Virus record (IMG/VR): IMGVR_UViG_3300036781_000303
Coordinates: 8,139-72,138 of that record
Length of the DNA stretch: 64,000 nucleotides
Direction: 5' to 3' (one strand)
Source: a virus
This document shows positions 8,736-18,089 of the stretch, piece after piece. The position numbers and the translations under genes were made by a program. How positions within the stretch are numbered: position 1 is the first letter of the stretch; every line of letters begins with the position of its first letter. The notes below the pieces were generated by a model. That model was given only the letters and a program-made list of their open reading frames with translations. It was not told where the DNA came from and ran no database searches.

Positions 8736-9950
8736 ATGTCTACACGTACGTTTGCTCGTACCACGAAACCTGCCATTCCCATGGTGTCGCTCAATAGCGC
8801 CAACGCACATAGCGTGCAGCTAGCTGCCAAGCATTATGGCCTTGACGCCAAGCATCAGACAGCCGTCGAAGCTGATCACCCCACCAAGAACGACTTGACC
8901 ACACTGCGTGACATCTTGTGGCGCATGGGTATCTACAATATTCCCAACTACCCGCGTCGCGCCAAGTGGTACCCGACCGCTGACTACATGCCTGTACCGC
9001 AACCCGTGACGGTCAACAAGACGAAGGCAGCGCACGCCAAAGTCAAGGCGCCTGCAGCTACGGTGTCCACACGAGTCGATGGCGATGCCGTCAAGACGCA
9101 GACCTACGGTACGAAGTCCAACGCCAAGCGCGGCGCTATGCGTAAGTTCGGCAGCTTGAACGGTTTGCAGCTGATGGGCACCGAAGGTGCCTGGTTCTAT
9201 GCCAAGACCGGTGAAGGCAAAGCACTTGTCGATATCACTACGCGTGTATTGGCAGACGACGAAGTAAGCGCCTTGAAAAAGGCACTGAGCAAACAAAGCA
9301 AGCCTGTCGAAGTGCTGCAGGTCGGTGACGAGCTCGTCGTGAGCGTGCAGAATATCGCCGGCTCGATGGATGAACAGACAACAGCACTGCGAGAAGCGCT
9401 CGACCAGGCCACCGCAACGAACGCCAGCAACGCCGAAGCCATCAAGCAGGTAAAGGCGCGTGTGAAGGCCACGACCAAGGCCATCAAAAAAGCGGTCAAG
9501 AAAGCCATCAAAAAGGTTGTCAAAAAAACTGTCGTCAAGAAAGCGACGGCCCCCTTGAAAACGGTCAAGGGCAAGCGCGAGAAAGCTAAGGCAGCCGTGA
9601 CCAAGGCGCGCAACCCGGTGGGCGGTTACCCCATGGGCGTGACGCCCAATGCCAACGCGGCCAAGGTCGCGGCTAGGCCGCGTGCTAAGACCAAATTCAC
9701 CCTCGTGCACGATCGTGAAGAGAAACACGGCCAGGTGTGGCCATGCCCTGGGACGACGTGCGATACGCTGTGGCGCTTGTATGACACCATGGCTAAGGCT
9801 GCAGGCGGTCCCGAGAAAGTCTCGATTGGCGCGGCACGCAAAGCAGCGGCAGCCAAGGACTTTCACCCCACCACGACGACCGTGCAATTTTATCGCTGGC
9901 GCCGCTTTCGCGGCGTGCGTGGTCGCGGTAGCAAGCAAAAGGTCGATTAG
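8736..9950 (+). CDS. basic Lys/Ala-rich (histone H1-like) putative DNA-binding protein
   Basis: GAGGAG RBS; KAIKKAVKKAIKKVVKK repeats; C-terminal domain paralogous to that of 13810..14697. Confidence 0.7.
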   Translation: MSTRTFARTTKPAIPMVSLNSANAHSVQLAAKHYGLDAKHQTAVEADHPTKNDLTTLRDILWRMGIYNIPNYPRRAKWYPTADYMPVPQPVTVNKTKAAHAKVKAPAATVSTRVDGDAVKTQTYGTKSNAKRGAMRKFGSLNGLQLMGTEGAWFYAKTGEGKALVDITTRVLADDEVSALKKALSKQSKPVEVLQVGDELVVSVQNIAGSMDEQTTALREALDQATATNASNAEAIKQVKARVKATTKAIKKAVKKAIKKVVKKTVVKKATAPLKTVKGKREKAKAAVTKARNPVGGYPMGVTPNANAAKVAARPRAKTKFTLVHDREEKHGQVWPCPGTTCDTLWRLYDTMAKAAGGPEKVSIGAARKAAAAKDFHPTTTTVQFYRWRRFRGVRGRGSKQKVD

Positions 9951-9952
9951 CT

Positions 9953-10333
9953 ATGACCATGCAAAAGTGGATTTCTCACGCGCAATGGCCTCTTCATGTG
10001 TATAGCGGCGACGTGTTCGGCACAGGCATTAGTACCGATACGCACGATAGCGAAAGCGAAGCAGTTGCCGTATGTCGTGGCCTAGAACGTGATGGGTTCG
10101 GCGGGCAGCGCAAAGAATTTCCCATTGCGACGTGGGTAACAATGCAGAAACCAAACGCTAAAGACGAACAAAGTATTGCAGGCATCGGTAGCCGTACGAA
10201 TGCACTGGGTAAGTTAGTCGAAGGTGCTAGGTTGCTCATTGCTTCTGAATCACCTAAGCAGTGTTTTCAGAGTCACAAGCAAGCAGCGGCTTACAAAATG
10301 ATACGTGAAGCACTTGCGCGTATAGACAACTAG
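9953..10333 (+). CDS. hypothetical protein
   Basis: Packed ORF. Confidence 0.6.
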   Translation: MTMQKWISHAQWPLHVYSGDVFGTGISTDTHDSESEAVAVCRGLERDGFGGQRKEFPIATWVTMQKPNAKDEQSIAGIGSRTNALGKLVEGARLLIASESPKQCFQSHKQAAAYKMIREALARIDN

Positions 10334-10347
10334 CAAGGTACAAACTT

Positions 10348-10611
10348 ATGCATGAGCGTGAATCATTCTGGCGCATCTCGGTCAACGGCTATGGCACATT
10401 TGCCTTTTTCGGGACTGAGCAACAGGCAGAAGAAATGCGCGCTCATAAGGCATGCTGGGAACGTGGCGTTGCAACGAAGCGACGCGTACCTGTTTCTTAT
10501 CATATGTGTGCGGAATTGATCGAACGCAACGCGCGTGAAGCTGATGCCGGCGCACAAAGTGCCATCGATCTTCGCCGTCGACTTGAAAACTATTTAGGGG
10601 TGTCGGTATGA
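10348..10611 (+). CDS. hypothetical protein
   Basis: AAGG RBS; ATGA overlap. Confidence 0.6.
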   Translation: MHERESFWRISVNGYGTFAFFGTEQQAEEMRAHKACWERGVATKRRVPVSYHMCAELIERNAREADAGAQSAIDLRRRLENYLGVSV

Positions 10612-11852
10612 ACAACGAACAGCTTGATACAGAACGGACGACGTTTGAAGCATGGTGGCATGCAAGTAAATACATGCAAGTCGTTCTATCGAAATATTCG
10701 ACGAAACAGACTGCGTGGGATGCATGGCAAGCCGCACGCTCTCAGCCTGCAAAGTCGCCAGAGACCAGATTCGAAGAATATGTTGCTTCGCTCATAGCGA
10801 AAAGCCCAGATGTGCGCGAGTTAGGTGAGCGATTGGCGCTTTGGCTCGATGACGATAAGTTCAATACGATAGAGCCAATACTCACAGGCATTGCTAAGAA
10901 GCTCTCGCAGCCTGCCGAAGCTAAAGATGATGATGTCTGCCGAAAATGTGGCGGACACCTAGATACAGGCTTTGAATGTAACGATTGCGGAAAACTGCAA
11001 AAGCCTGACGCGCTGAGGGTGACGAGTGACGAGGCAGTTGAACGTGCATGTATTGCCACCTTCAAGCATCTTAAGATGAACTGGAGCAATACCAGCGAAC
11101 CAAAGAAAATTGATTGGCGAGCAACGATGCGCGTCGCCATCGAGTCCATCTCGCCTGCGAAGCTTCCATGGCAACCAATAGATACGGCACCCAAGGACAA
11201 CAAGCGTCCTTTGTATTTGGCGCGCATCGTTGGAGACGAATTAAAAGAGCTAGACTTTAATGGTAGCTGGGAATCAGAAAGCGAAAGCTGGGAGATGCCC
11301 GAGATTTACCATTACTGGGCTAGCGAAAATGGTATCGAATATCCCACGCATTGGGCTTATCAAGATGACCCAGTGCCACTACTACAGCCTGTGCAGCAAG
11401 GCATCGAACTACCCGAAGGCTACGGACCGCCAGAAGGTTACGAGCTGAACGAGCATCTTGCCGGCATTTGGCAATATGAGCTTCAAGAAAATGGCCAACG
11501 ATTGGCTTCTGCGACGTCGTGGAACAGTCCTATTCTTGCTTGCATCGCGGCATGGCAAGACAAAGTAGCGTCGCTTGATCCAACAAAACCTGATCAACAG
11601 CCTGTGGCAACCGTATTGTTGCCCGACCCAGAAGACGAACGCGATGGTGTTCGCTTCTCTCTCGCTGACTGGGACCGACTGAACAAGCTGCCAGCTAAAA
11701 CTAAACTGTATGTGACGCCACAACCTTGGCAACGCGCCGTACCGGTAGAGACACTAGAATGTCTCATGCGCGTTGAATACCAAGATGTGTCGACAATCAC
11801 CAAAGAGCTGCAAAAATTGATCGCTTCGACCAATGGCAAGACGACCCCATGA
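10608..11852 (+). CDS. modular hypothetical protein with DUF551-like segment
   Basis: WQPIDTAPKD...PTHW motif and CxxC..CxxC. Confidence 0.7.
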   Translation: MNNEQLDTERTTFEAWWHASKYMQVVLSKYSTKQTAWDAWQAARSQPAKSPETRFEEYVASLIAKSPDVRELGERLALWLDDDKFNTIEPILTGIAKKLSQPAEAKDDDVCRKCGGHLDTGFECNDCGKLQKPDALRVTSDEAVERACIATFKHLKMNWSNTSEPKKIDWRATMRVAIESISPAKLPWQPIDTAPKDNKRPLYLARIVGDELKELDFNGSWESESESWEMPEIYHYWASENGIEYPTHWAYQDDPVPLLQPVQQGIELPEGYGPPEGYELNEHLAGIWQYELQENGQRLASATSWNSPILACIAAWQDKVASLDPTKPDQQPVATVLLPDPEDERDGVRFSLADWDRLNKLPAKTKLYVTPQPWQRAVPVETLECLMRVEYQDVSTITKELQKLIASTNGKTTP

Positions 11853-12181
11853 GCAATCCACCTAGAAAGAACCCATCATACAAAGCTAGCACACCATTGT
11901 TCGTAATGTTGAAAGATCAGTGGTCGCGCCAGCTTGCTATACCTCAGGTAATCGATGAATGCGCAGCCAGTGGGTACGTCGTTGACTGGCACTTCGTTGA
12001 GAATCTGTTCAAGCTTTTAAATTCCAAGATGGAACGTGACATGCACAATAATATTATTGCACAGCCTAGCGTGCCGGTAGAGGCGTTGATTGCGCTGCCT
12101 CGTAAGCGAACGTCGTTAGGAACAGTCGTGAAGCTCGCAGATATTCAGCAGCTCATAGCCGCGCACGATGGCAAAGGTTGA
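11849..12181 (+). CDS. hypothetical protein
   Basis: ATGA overlap. Confidence 0.6.
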   Translation: MSNPPRKNPSYKASTPLFVMLKDQWSRQLAIPQVIDECAASGYVVDWHFVENLFKLLNSKMERDMHNNIIAQPSVPVEALIALPRKRTSLGTVVKLADIQQLIAAHDGKG

Positions 12182-12187
12182 GGCAAC

Positions 12188-12502
12188 ATGAGTGCCCGGC
12201 TACGCATTTTGGTAGCACTACGCCATGAGGAAAAGACGCCTCGACAGCTGGCCGACGAATTGTTTATCAACATAGTTGACGTGAAAAAGCATCTATGCGA
12301 CTTGTGCGCAGATAAGCTTGTTCATCGCATGTTCTTTCACAACACGGTTACCAATAAGCCTGACTTCAAATATTCATCAGTGCGTTACCAGAAACGCTAT
12401 AGAGACGACAGCCCATCGAACGCAGTGCTGTCTGATGTGGTTGGTGCTTGGGACGTAATCGACATGCACAAGCAGGCAAAACGCGAAAGTAAGGGGAAGT
12501 GA
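12188..12502 (+). CDS. winged-HTH putative DNA-binding protein
   Basis: RILVALR..TPRQLADEL.I....VKKHL..L...LV pattern. Confidence 0.6.
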   Translation: MSARLRILVALRHEEKTPRQLADELFINIVDVKKHLCDLCADKLVHRMFFHNTVTNKPDFKYSSVRYQKRYRDDSPSNAVLSDVVGAWDVIDMHKQAKRESKGK

Positions 12503-12503
12503 G

Positions 12504-12638
12504 ATGACAATCTATTATTACTACAGGTACAGAGAGATGGACGGTTCATGGAGTGACTGGCAGCGTATCTCATACGACCGCTATCTAGAACTTCAAGATG
12601 CCAGAGATGTAGAAACAACTGAGCAACGCTACGAGTAA
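12504..12638 (+). CDS. small hypothetical protein (44 aa, not in ORF track)
   Basis: MTIYYYYRYREMDGSWSDW... begins right after the previous stop. Confidence 0.5.
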   Translation: MTIYYYYRYREMDGSWSDWQRISYDRYLELQDARDVETTEQRYE

Positions 12639-12712
12639 CACAATCGCTTCTTGACACACCGCGCACGCGTTATCAACGTCAACCGTAGTACTCGACGATA
12701 AGGGTTCAAACC

Positions 12713-13165
12713 ATGGCTAACTTTATTCTGATCAAAATGCCCGACTTCGACAAAGTCGGTAAGCGGCTATCTGCACACGATGCCGCGCTCGCTGTTGCAC
12801 GTAGCGGTGTGTGGCCACTGTGGTCACGTACGCCGTGCAAGGACCTGGTGAAAGCGGGCGACAAGGTAGCCATCTATACGGGTGGCGCCAAGGCACAGCG
12901 TGTGATTGCCAAAGCCGTCGTCGAAGGTCGACATGCATGGTCGAACACTGACACTGCTGCGTATCCATTGGCCATGAGCGGCATACCGCTTATCGCGCTG
13001 CAGTTGAAGGTAACCGAGCTAGCAGAAAGCATTCATCTACCTGACTATCTCGACTTGCTGGACCTCACCATAACGAACAAGAAAAAGTGGGGCGTTAAGC
13101 TCATGGGCGGCATGCGCTCGATGACCGACAACGACTATGCGCTACTCACAGGCCAGTATTTATGA
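12713..13165 (+). CDS. EVE/PUA-like domain protein
   Basis: VWPLW...VKAGDKVAIY...VIAKAVV...KKWG...GGMRSMTDNDY pattern. Confidence 0.6.
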   Translation: MANFILIKMPDFDKVGKRLSAHDAALAVARSGVWPLWSRTPCKDLVKAGDKVAIYTGGAKAQRVIAKAVVEGRHAWSNTDTAAYPLAMSGIPLIALQLKVTELAESIHLPDYLDLLDLTITNKKKWGVKLMGGMRSMTDNDYALLTGQYL

Positions 13166-13329
13166 ATCGTCTAGTCGTCGGGTTACAGCTTGCCATGGCG
13201 ATACTATTGCTTGCTGCAGTCTTTGTGCTGGGGTTCTGCTATGGCATGCATTTCAATGCAGACCTACTAGCCAAGATCATGGGGCAGAGTTAACTCGTTT
13301 CATCACATCGTCATTGATAAGGTGACCAC

Positions 13330-13755
13330 ATGCACATTCAACGTTTGACTGCTATCGCTCAGTGGCTCGAAGCCGGTGCACCTGAGAAAGCAGGCGTATC
13401 ACGCTTTCATATGACACGCTACATCGTGCAAGATCATCAACATTGCGGTACGCGCTGTTGCATCGCAGGTGCAGCTATACAGTTTGATCGTGCCGAAAAA
13501 GGCGAAAGACCCTACAGGCATGAAACTGAGATAACAGGCGTCAATACCTATGACTGCACAGCTGTTGTAACGGTAGCGGCACGCATTCTTGATTTACCGT
13601 TTAACACAGCTGCCAAGCTGTTCGTAGGTGAAAACACGCATCATAGTCCTGGCGCGATGTTAAGCGATGTCACACCGGCATGGGCTGCGCGTTGCATTCG
13701 AAAGCTCATGGCCACAGGCGAGGTCGATTGGTCAGGCACCGAGCAAGCGATTTGA
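13330..13755 (+). CDS. hypothetical protein
   Basis: TAAGGT RBS; CGTRCCIAG motif common in phage proteins. Confidence 0.7.
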   Translation: MHIQRLTAIAQWLEAGAPEKAGVSRFHMTRYIVQDHQHCGTRCCIAGAAIQFDRAEKGERPYRHETEITGVNTYDCTAVVTVAARILDLPFNTAAKLFVGENTHHSPGAMLSDVTPAWAARCIRKLMATGEVDWSGTEQAI

Positions 13756-13809
13756 GTCATTACACTAATCATTCGAAAGCAGACATTTAGCATCAACGGA
13801 CGCTACCCC

Positions 13810-14697
13810 ATGTTTATTCTGATCGATCGCACCAATAAGCAGGCCCTGGCACGCCACAGCAGCATGCGCGCTTTGATGGCATTGCACTACATTCAATTCG
13901 CCAACGTCGATGCTGCTATCTTGCGTGAAGGCGCCAACCGCGATTGGGCGCAGTTTGACCATGGGTTGCTAGTCGGTATCGCGCAAAGCTGTGGCTGCAA
14001 GGCCAAGCTACCCGAGCGCTATGGCGACGTGCTTAAAGTAGCGCGTCAGATTGCAGAAGCCGCCGATTGGCTCGTGCTGCCTTTCGAGCTGAAAGACTTG
14101 GATGCGCAAGCCTTTGCTATCGATCCCCGCGACGGCCGTCCCATGAAGTTCAACGCCCAGGCACCTACACCCATTGTGACCAGGTCATGGACAGCGTCAC
14201 CTCAGGTATTACGCGTGCGTGCTGATAGTACATACGGTTTGGAGTTCTCTGCAGGGACGGCCGGAGTTATCCCGCGCCTTTCATTGCAGACGCCTTCCCA
14301 TGTAGGTAAGGTCAAAGCCCCCATCGTGGGTTCTCAATCATCGAACGAGGTCAAGAGCATGGCAACCGCCAAGAAAGCTGCAACCAAAAAGGTAGCGGCT
14401 AAAAAGGCAGCAAAAAAGGCGCCGCGTGCGCCTGCCAAGAAAGTTGCTGCGAAGAAAGCGCCAGCCGCACCGAAGGCACCATCTGCGCCGCGCGCGGGTA
14501 ACGAAAAGCAGCACGGCATCACGCGGCCTCGTGCCGGTGGCATCACTGCGAAGGTGTGGGAAACCGCCGATAAGCTGCGCGAGAAGAAGCCAGGCCGTGC
14601 AGCCGTTGTCGAAGCATTGCCTGATATCTCGCAAGCAACCATCAGTACGCAGTATCAGCGCTGGCGTACGTTCAATGGGCTGATTGGCCGCGAGTAA
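13810..14697 (+). CDS. hypothetical protein with histone H1-like AKKA repeats and putative DNA-binding C-terminal domain
   Basis: AKKAATKKVAAKKAAKK; probable internal start at 14359. Confidence 0.7.
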   Translation: MFILIDRTNKQALARHSSMRALMALHYIQFANVDAAILREGANRDWAQFDHGLLVGIAQSCGCKAKLPERYGDVLKVARQIAEAADWLVLPFELKDLDAQAFAIDPRDGRPMKFNAQAPTPIVTRSWTASPQVLRVRADSTYGLEFSAGTAGVIPRLSLQTPSHVGKVKAPIVGSQSSNEVKSMATAKKAATKKVAAKKAAKKAPRAPAKKVAAKKAPAAPKAPSAPRAGNEKQHGITRPRAGGITAKVWETADKLREKKPGRAAVVEALPDISQATISTQYQRWRTFNGLIGRE

Positions 14698-14774
14698 GTC
14701 GAGCCGCTTCGTATAAACGAACATTATCGTTTCCAATGGCGCCTCTTTGGCGCCATTGCTTTCGGGACCCTACT

Positions 14775-15491
14775 ATGCAAAACCTTCAAAAGCCAGATAA
14801 GCCTGTTGTAGGCGATGGCTCATGGCTACAAGTCCATTCTGTCTTTCTGACCATTCAAGGCGAAGGCCCATTTGTCGGCGAACGCGCTGTGTTCATTCGC
14901 CTGGCAGGTTGCAATCTGCAATGCCCTCTCTGCGATACGGACTACACCAGCAATCGCGCCAGCTGGTCAGTCGATGAACTGATGCAAGTCGTAGCAGCGA
15001 GACATAACAAGCAAAAAGCCAATGCACTTGTGGTTATCACAGGTGGTGAACCGTTTCGTCAGCCCATTGGCTGCTTGGTCGAAGCGCTTGTCTATCAAGG
15101 CTATCGCGTTCAAATCGAAACCAACGGTACCTTGTATCAACCTGGCTGTTGGGGGCATGACTTAGTCACTATCGTGTGCAGCCCAAAGACCGGTAAGGTA
15201 CATCCATTGTTGCAAGATTTCATTGCAGCCTGGAAATACGTGGCTACGGCAGACAGTCTTAAAGATTCTTCCGATGGTCTGCCCACAAGTGCGTTAGGTC
15301 GCGCATCGCGCGCGCCTTTAGCGCGACCCAGCGCATATAGGTTGTTGCGTAAGCGAGCTATCTATCTGCAGCCCGCTGATGAAGGCAACGAAACAGCCAA
15401 TGCGGCTAATCTGTGGGCTGTGGTCAGTTCATGTCTTACACATGGCTACAAGCTGTGCCTGCAGATACACAAATTCGCCATGCTACCTTAA
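14775..15491 (+). CDS. queE: 7-carboxy-7-deazaguanine synthase (radical SAM)
   Basis: FLTIQGEG, CNLQCPLCDT, ITGGEP, IETNG and LQIHK motifs. Confidence 0.93.
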   Translation: MQNLQKPDKPVVGDGSWLQVHSVFLTIQGEGPFVGERAVFIRLAGCNLQCPLCDTDYTSNRASWSVDELMQVVAARHNKQKANALVVITGGEPFRQPIGCLVEALVYQGYRVQIETNGTLYQPGCWGHDLVTIVCSPKTGKVHPLLQDFIAAWKYVATADSLKDSSDGLPTSALGRASRAPLARPSAYRLLRKRAIYLQPADEGNETANAANLWAVVSSCLTHGYKLCLQIHKFAMLP

Positions 15492-15500
15492 GGACAACCC

Positions 15501-16334
15501 ATGAAGTCCGTCGCGTTAGTTGTCTTGTCGGGTGGACAAGACAGTACCACTTGCTTATTCGAAGCGCTCGATGCGCATGACGAAGTGCACGCCATCACGT
15601 TTGGCTATGGTCAATACCATGAGCGTGAGATTGCATGTGCCGAAATGGTTGCACGTTTCGCACGCGTGGCGTCGCACGAAGTGCTGCAGCTAGGTGACCA
15701 TATACTGCACAGTACGTCGCCGCTCTTGAAGTCAAACGACTATCAACCGTTTCCAGATTCTTTGGCGATGCAGCCGAACAAGCTGGCGAATACGTGGCCC
15801 ACTTTTGTGCCCATGCGCAATCAGTTGTTCTTGACTATCGCCGCCAATCGCGCTGTAGAGCTTAATGCGCGCTATATCTACATAGGCGCGTGCAAAGCGG
15901 ACTATGAAGGTTATCCGGATTGTCGCGATGCCTTTCTACATAGCATTGAGCGTGCTATCAATTGGAGTAACGGTGTCAGCTCTGATGGCACGCTAGTAGT
16001 AGCGCCGCTATTGCGGCTGTCCAAAGCGGACATCGTGCGTCGATCGCTCATGCTGCATGATTGCTGGGAAGCCCTGGCCATGACGCATACGTCGTACTCA
16101 GGCGAGTATCCGCCAGAGCTGAACGACCATGCAGCCATAGTGCGTGCGCATGGTTTCCAAGAAGCCGGCATACCAGACCCGCTTGTATTGCGCGCTGTCT
16201 GTGAAGGTCTCATGTGTACGCCAGAAACGGCCAACTACAGCCATGAGGCGGTGCGTCATTATCTGCCGCGACTCACGTACGCTATGAAAGTCATCAAACA
16301 GTTAAGCCAGGGGACAGCACATGCACACGATTGA
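15501..16334 (+). CDS. queC: 7-cyano-7-deazaguanine synthase
   Basis: LSGGQDS PP-loop, TFVPMRN and YPDCR motifs; the Zn-binding Cys motif is absent. Confidence 0.9.
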   Translation: MKSVALVVLSGGQDSTTCLFEALDAHDEVHAITFGYGQYHEREIACAEMVARFARVASHEVLQLGDHILHSTSPLLKSNDYQPFPDSLAMQPNKLANTWPTFVPMRNQLFLTIAANRAVELNARYIYIGACKADYEGYPDCRDAFLHSIERAINWSNGVSSDGTLVVAPLLRLSKADIVRRSLMLHDCWEALAMTHTSYSGEYPPELNDHAAIVRAHGFQEAGIPDPLVLRAVCEGLMCTPETANYSHEAVRHYLPRLTYAMKVIKQLSQGTAHAHD

Positions 16335-16797
16335 GCGGTATCACGACATGAGCTGTGGCCACAGGGTATGTGGCCACGAAGGCAAGTGTTCTAACTTGCA
16401 TGGCCACAATTACCGCGTGACTTTCGTTTGTGCAGCCGAAGAAGCTGGTACCAGTCGGCCCGAAGACGACTTGGACGATGTTGGCCGCGTGATCGATTTC
16501 GACGTTGTCAAAACACGGCTGTGCCAATGGCTCGAAGACAACTGGGATCACAAATTTTTGTGCTTTGAGCATGACCAGCTAATGCTGCATGCATATAACA
16601 ATGCGCCTTACCATTTTCATACGCTTTTTCACGAGTCGCTTGTATGGGTGCCGTTTAATCCAACGGCTGAACGCATGGCACAGTACCTGGTCGAAGTGCT
16701 TGGACCCCAGCAGCTCGACGGTACAGGTGTGCAGGTCATCGCCTGCAAGGTCGAAGAAACACGCAAATGCAGCGCTACGTTTTTCATTGATGCGTAA
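16321..16797 (+). CDS. queD: 6-carboxy-5,6,7,8-tetrahydropterin synthase
   Basis: GHRV, CSNLHGHNY, WDH, PTAE and EET motifs. Confidence 0.93.
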   Translation: MHTIERYHDMSCGHRVCGHEGKCSNLHGHNYRVTFVCAAEEAGTSRPEDDLDDVGRVIDFDVVKTRLCQWLEDNWDHKFLCFEHDQLMLHAYNNAPYHFHTLFHESLVWVPFNPTAERMAQYLVEVLGPQQLDGTGVQVIACKVEETRKCSATFFIDA

Positions 16798-16826
16798 GCT
16801 GCACTCACCACTACAAGAGGCAAGTC

Positions 16827-17315
16827 ATGAACAAGCTAAACGAAAATGACGACAACTTTTCACTCGCCGACGAAACCGAACAACTGCGTACGGCCATGCG
16901 ATCGTTAGAGCAACTAGACTACTCGCAGCGTGTCTTGATCAATGCTTACAAAGGTGTGACGTATATGCAGGCGCTGTGCTATGCATTGTCGTCGCGCAGT
17001 GGTTGGTGGAAACGTCCTGATGGGCGACCTATCGATCCCTTCAATTCCGAAACCTACGGCATGAAGATCGCGCTTATTCATAGCGAGGTGACAGAGGCGC
17101 TCGAAGGTGATCGCCGTGACGCCATGGACAAGCATTTGCCACATCGACGTATGGACGAGGTAGAGCTCGCCGACGCGGTTATCCGAATATTCGACCTGGC
17201 CGATGCTCGCCGTATGGACCTAGCCGGTGCCATCATCGAAAAGCTGGCATACAATCAAGCGCGTGCTGACCATCAGCTGAGTAATCGCGCTCAGCCTGGC
17301 GGCAAAGCTTACTGA
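16827..17315 (+). CDS. MazG-like nucleotide pyrophosphohydrolase
   Basis: IALIHSEVTEALEG...EVELADAVIRIFD. Confidence 0.85.
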   Translation: MNKLNENDDNFSLADETEQLRTAMRSLEQLDYSQRVLINAYKGVTYMQALCYALSSRSGWWKRPDGRPIDPFNSETYGMKIALIHSEVTEALEGDRRDAMDKHLPHRRMDEVELADAVIRIFDLADARRMDLAGAIIEKLAYNQARADHQLSNRAQPGGKAY

Positions 17316-17319
17316 TCCC

Positions 17320-17369
17320 GCGCAGCTACCGTTGCCACTGCAATCGCACATGGCAAACGCTGCGTTTTT
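17320..17369 (+). terminator. imperfect hairpin with T-tract
   Basis: CGCAGC..TTGCCA / TGGCAA..GCTGCG followed by TTTTT. Confidence 0.5.
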
Positions 17370-17429
17370 ACGGCTGGTGTAGCCCGAGCCAGTGGATGTA
17401 AATCGGGCGCCCTTTACTGAGGACTCGTT

Positions 17430-18086
17430 ATGATCATTTTTACATTTGCATGTGTGCTGTTCGTCGTCGCTGCGTTCGCTTGCTTGATCTGCCGTTATCT
17501 ATATCTGCACGCTCGCGCCAAGCGTCACGGCCTGAATTACACAAGCGTCATGGACAGCATCGTGTCGCCTAACGAAGCGCGCAAGCGTGAAGTGCCCAAA
17601 GCAACAAGCTTAGCGGATCAAGATTTCGCCGAACTTGAACAGCGTGTCCTAGCGCATAGCACTCGACCGCCTGGCAAATCGAAGTTACAGGCTTCGGATG
17701 CGGGTTTGTCGCCCACAGGTCGCAAGCCTGCACCGCTACGCGATTATCAGCTTAGAACGCTCAGGGACCTTTACGGCCACAGCCATACTACCCACGGACT
17801 GCGCTCGCCTGGGCCGCTTGTCCCCAAGGCATCGCACCGCCCGCTGCCGTGGGCCCCAACCGTACCCCCTGTGGCTGTACCTGCGGCCGCTGACAGCGGA
17901 CCTGACCTAGCCACCGTGGTCCTGGCAGCCGAAATGGGCGTGTTGCTGGCAGAAAGCGCGTCCGGCGCCCAGGACTGCAGTCAGGACAGCAGTCCCAGCT
18001 ATGACAGCGGGTCGTCCGACAGCTCATGCGACTTTAGTGGTGGCGGGGGTGATACGGGCGGCGGTGGCAGCAGCGACGGATTCTAA
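17430..18086 (+). CDS. membrane-anchored hypothetical protein with Ser/Gly-rich tail
   Basis: N-terminal hydrophobic helix; ends FSGGGGDTGGGGSSDGF; GAGGA RBS. Confidence 0.65.
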   Translation: MIIFTFACVLFVVAAFACLICRYLYLHARAKRHGLNYTSVMDSIVSPNEARKREVPKATSLADQDFAELEQRVLAHSTRPPGKSKLQASDAGLSPTGRKPAPLRDYQLRTLRDLYGHSHTTHGLRSPGPLVPKASHRPLPWAPTVPPVAVPAAADSGPDLATVVLAAEMGVLLAESASGAQDCSQDSSPSYDSGSSDSSCDFSGGGGDTGGGGSSDGF

Positions 18087-18089
18087 GCC

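Noticed and set aside
8820-9938. Long antisense ORFs (also 28471..29745, 58692..59609, 39944..40699)
   Set aside because: They mirror well-supported genes on the opposite strand, which is expected from high-GC codon bias, and have no recognisable motifs.
14734-14763. Hairpin CAATGGCGCC/GGCGCCATTG upstream of queE as a preQ1 riboswitch
   Set aside because: It lacks the preQ1-I consensus and A-rich tail; more likely a weak terminator or processing stem.
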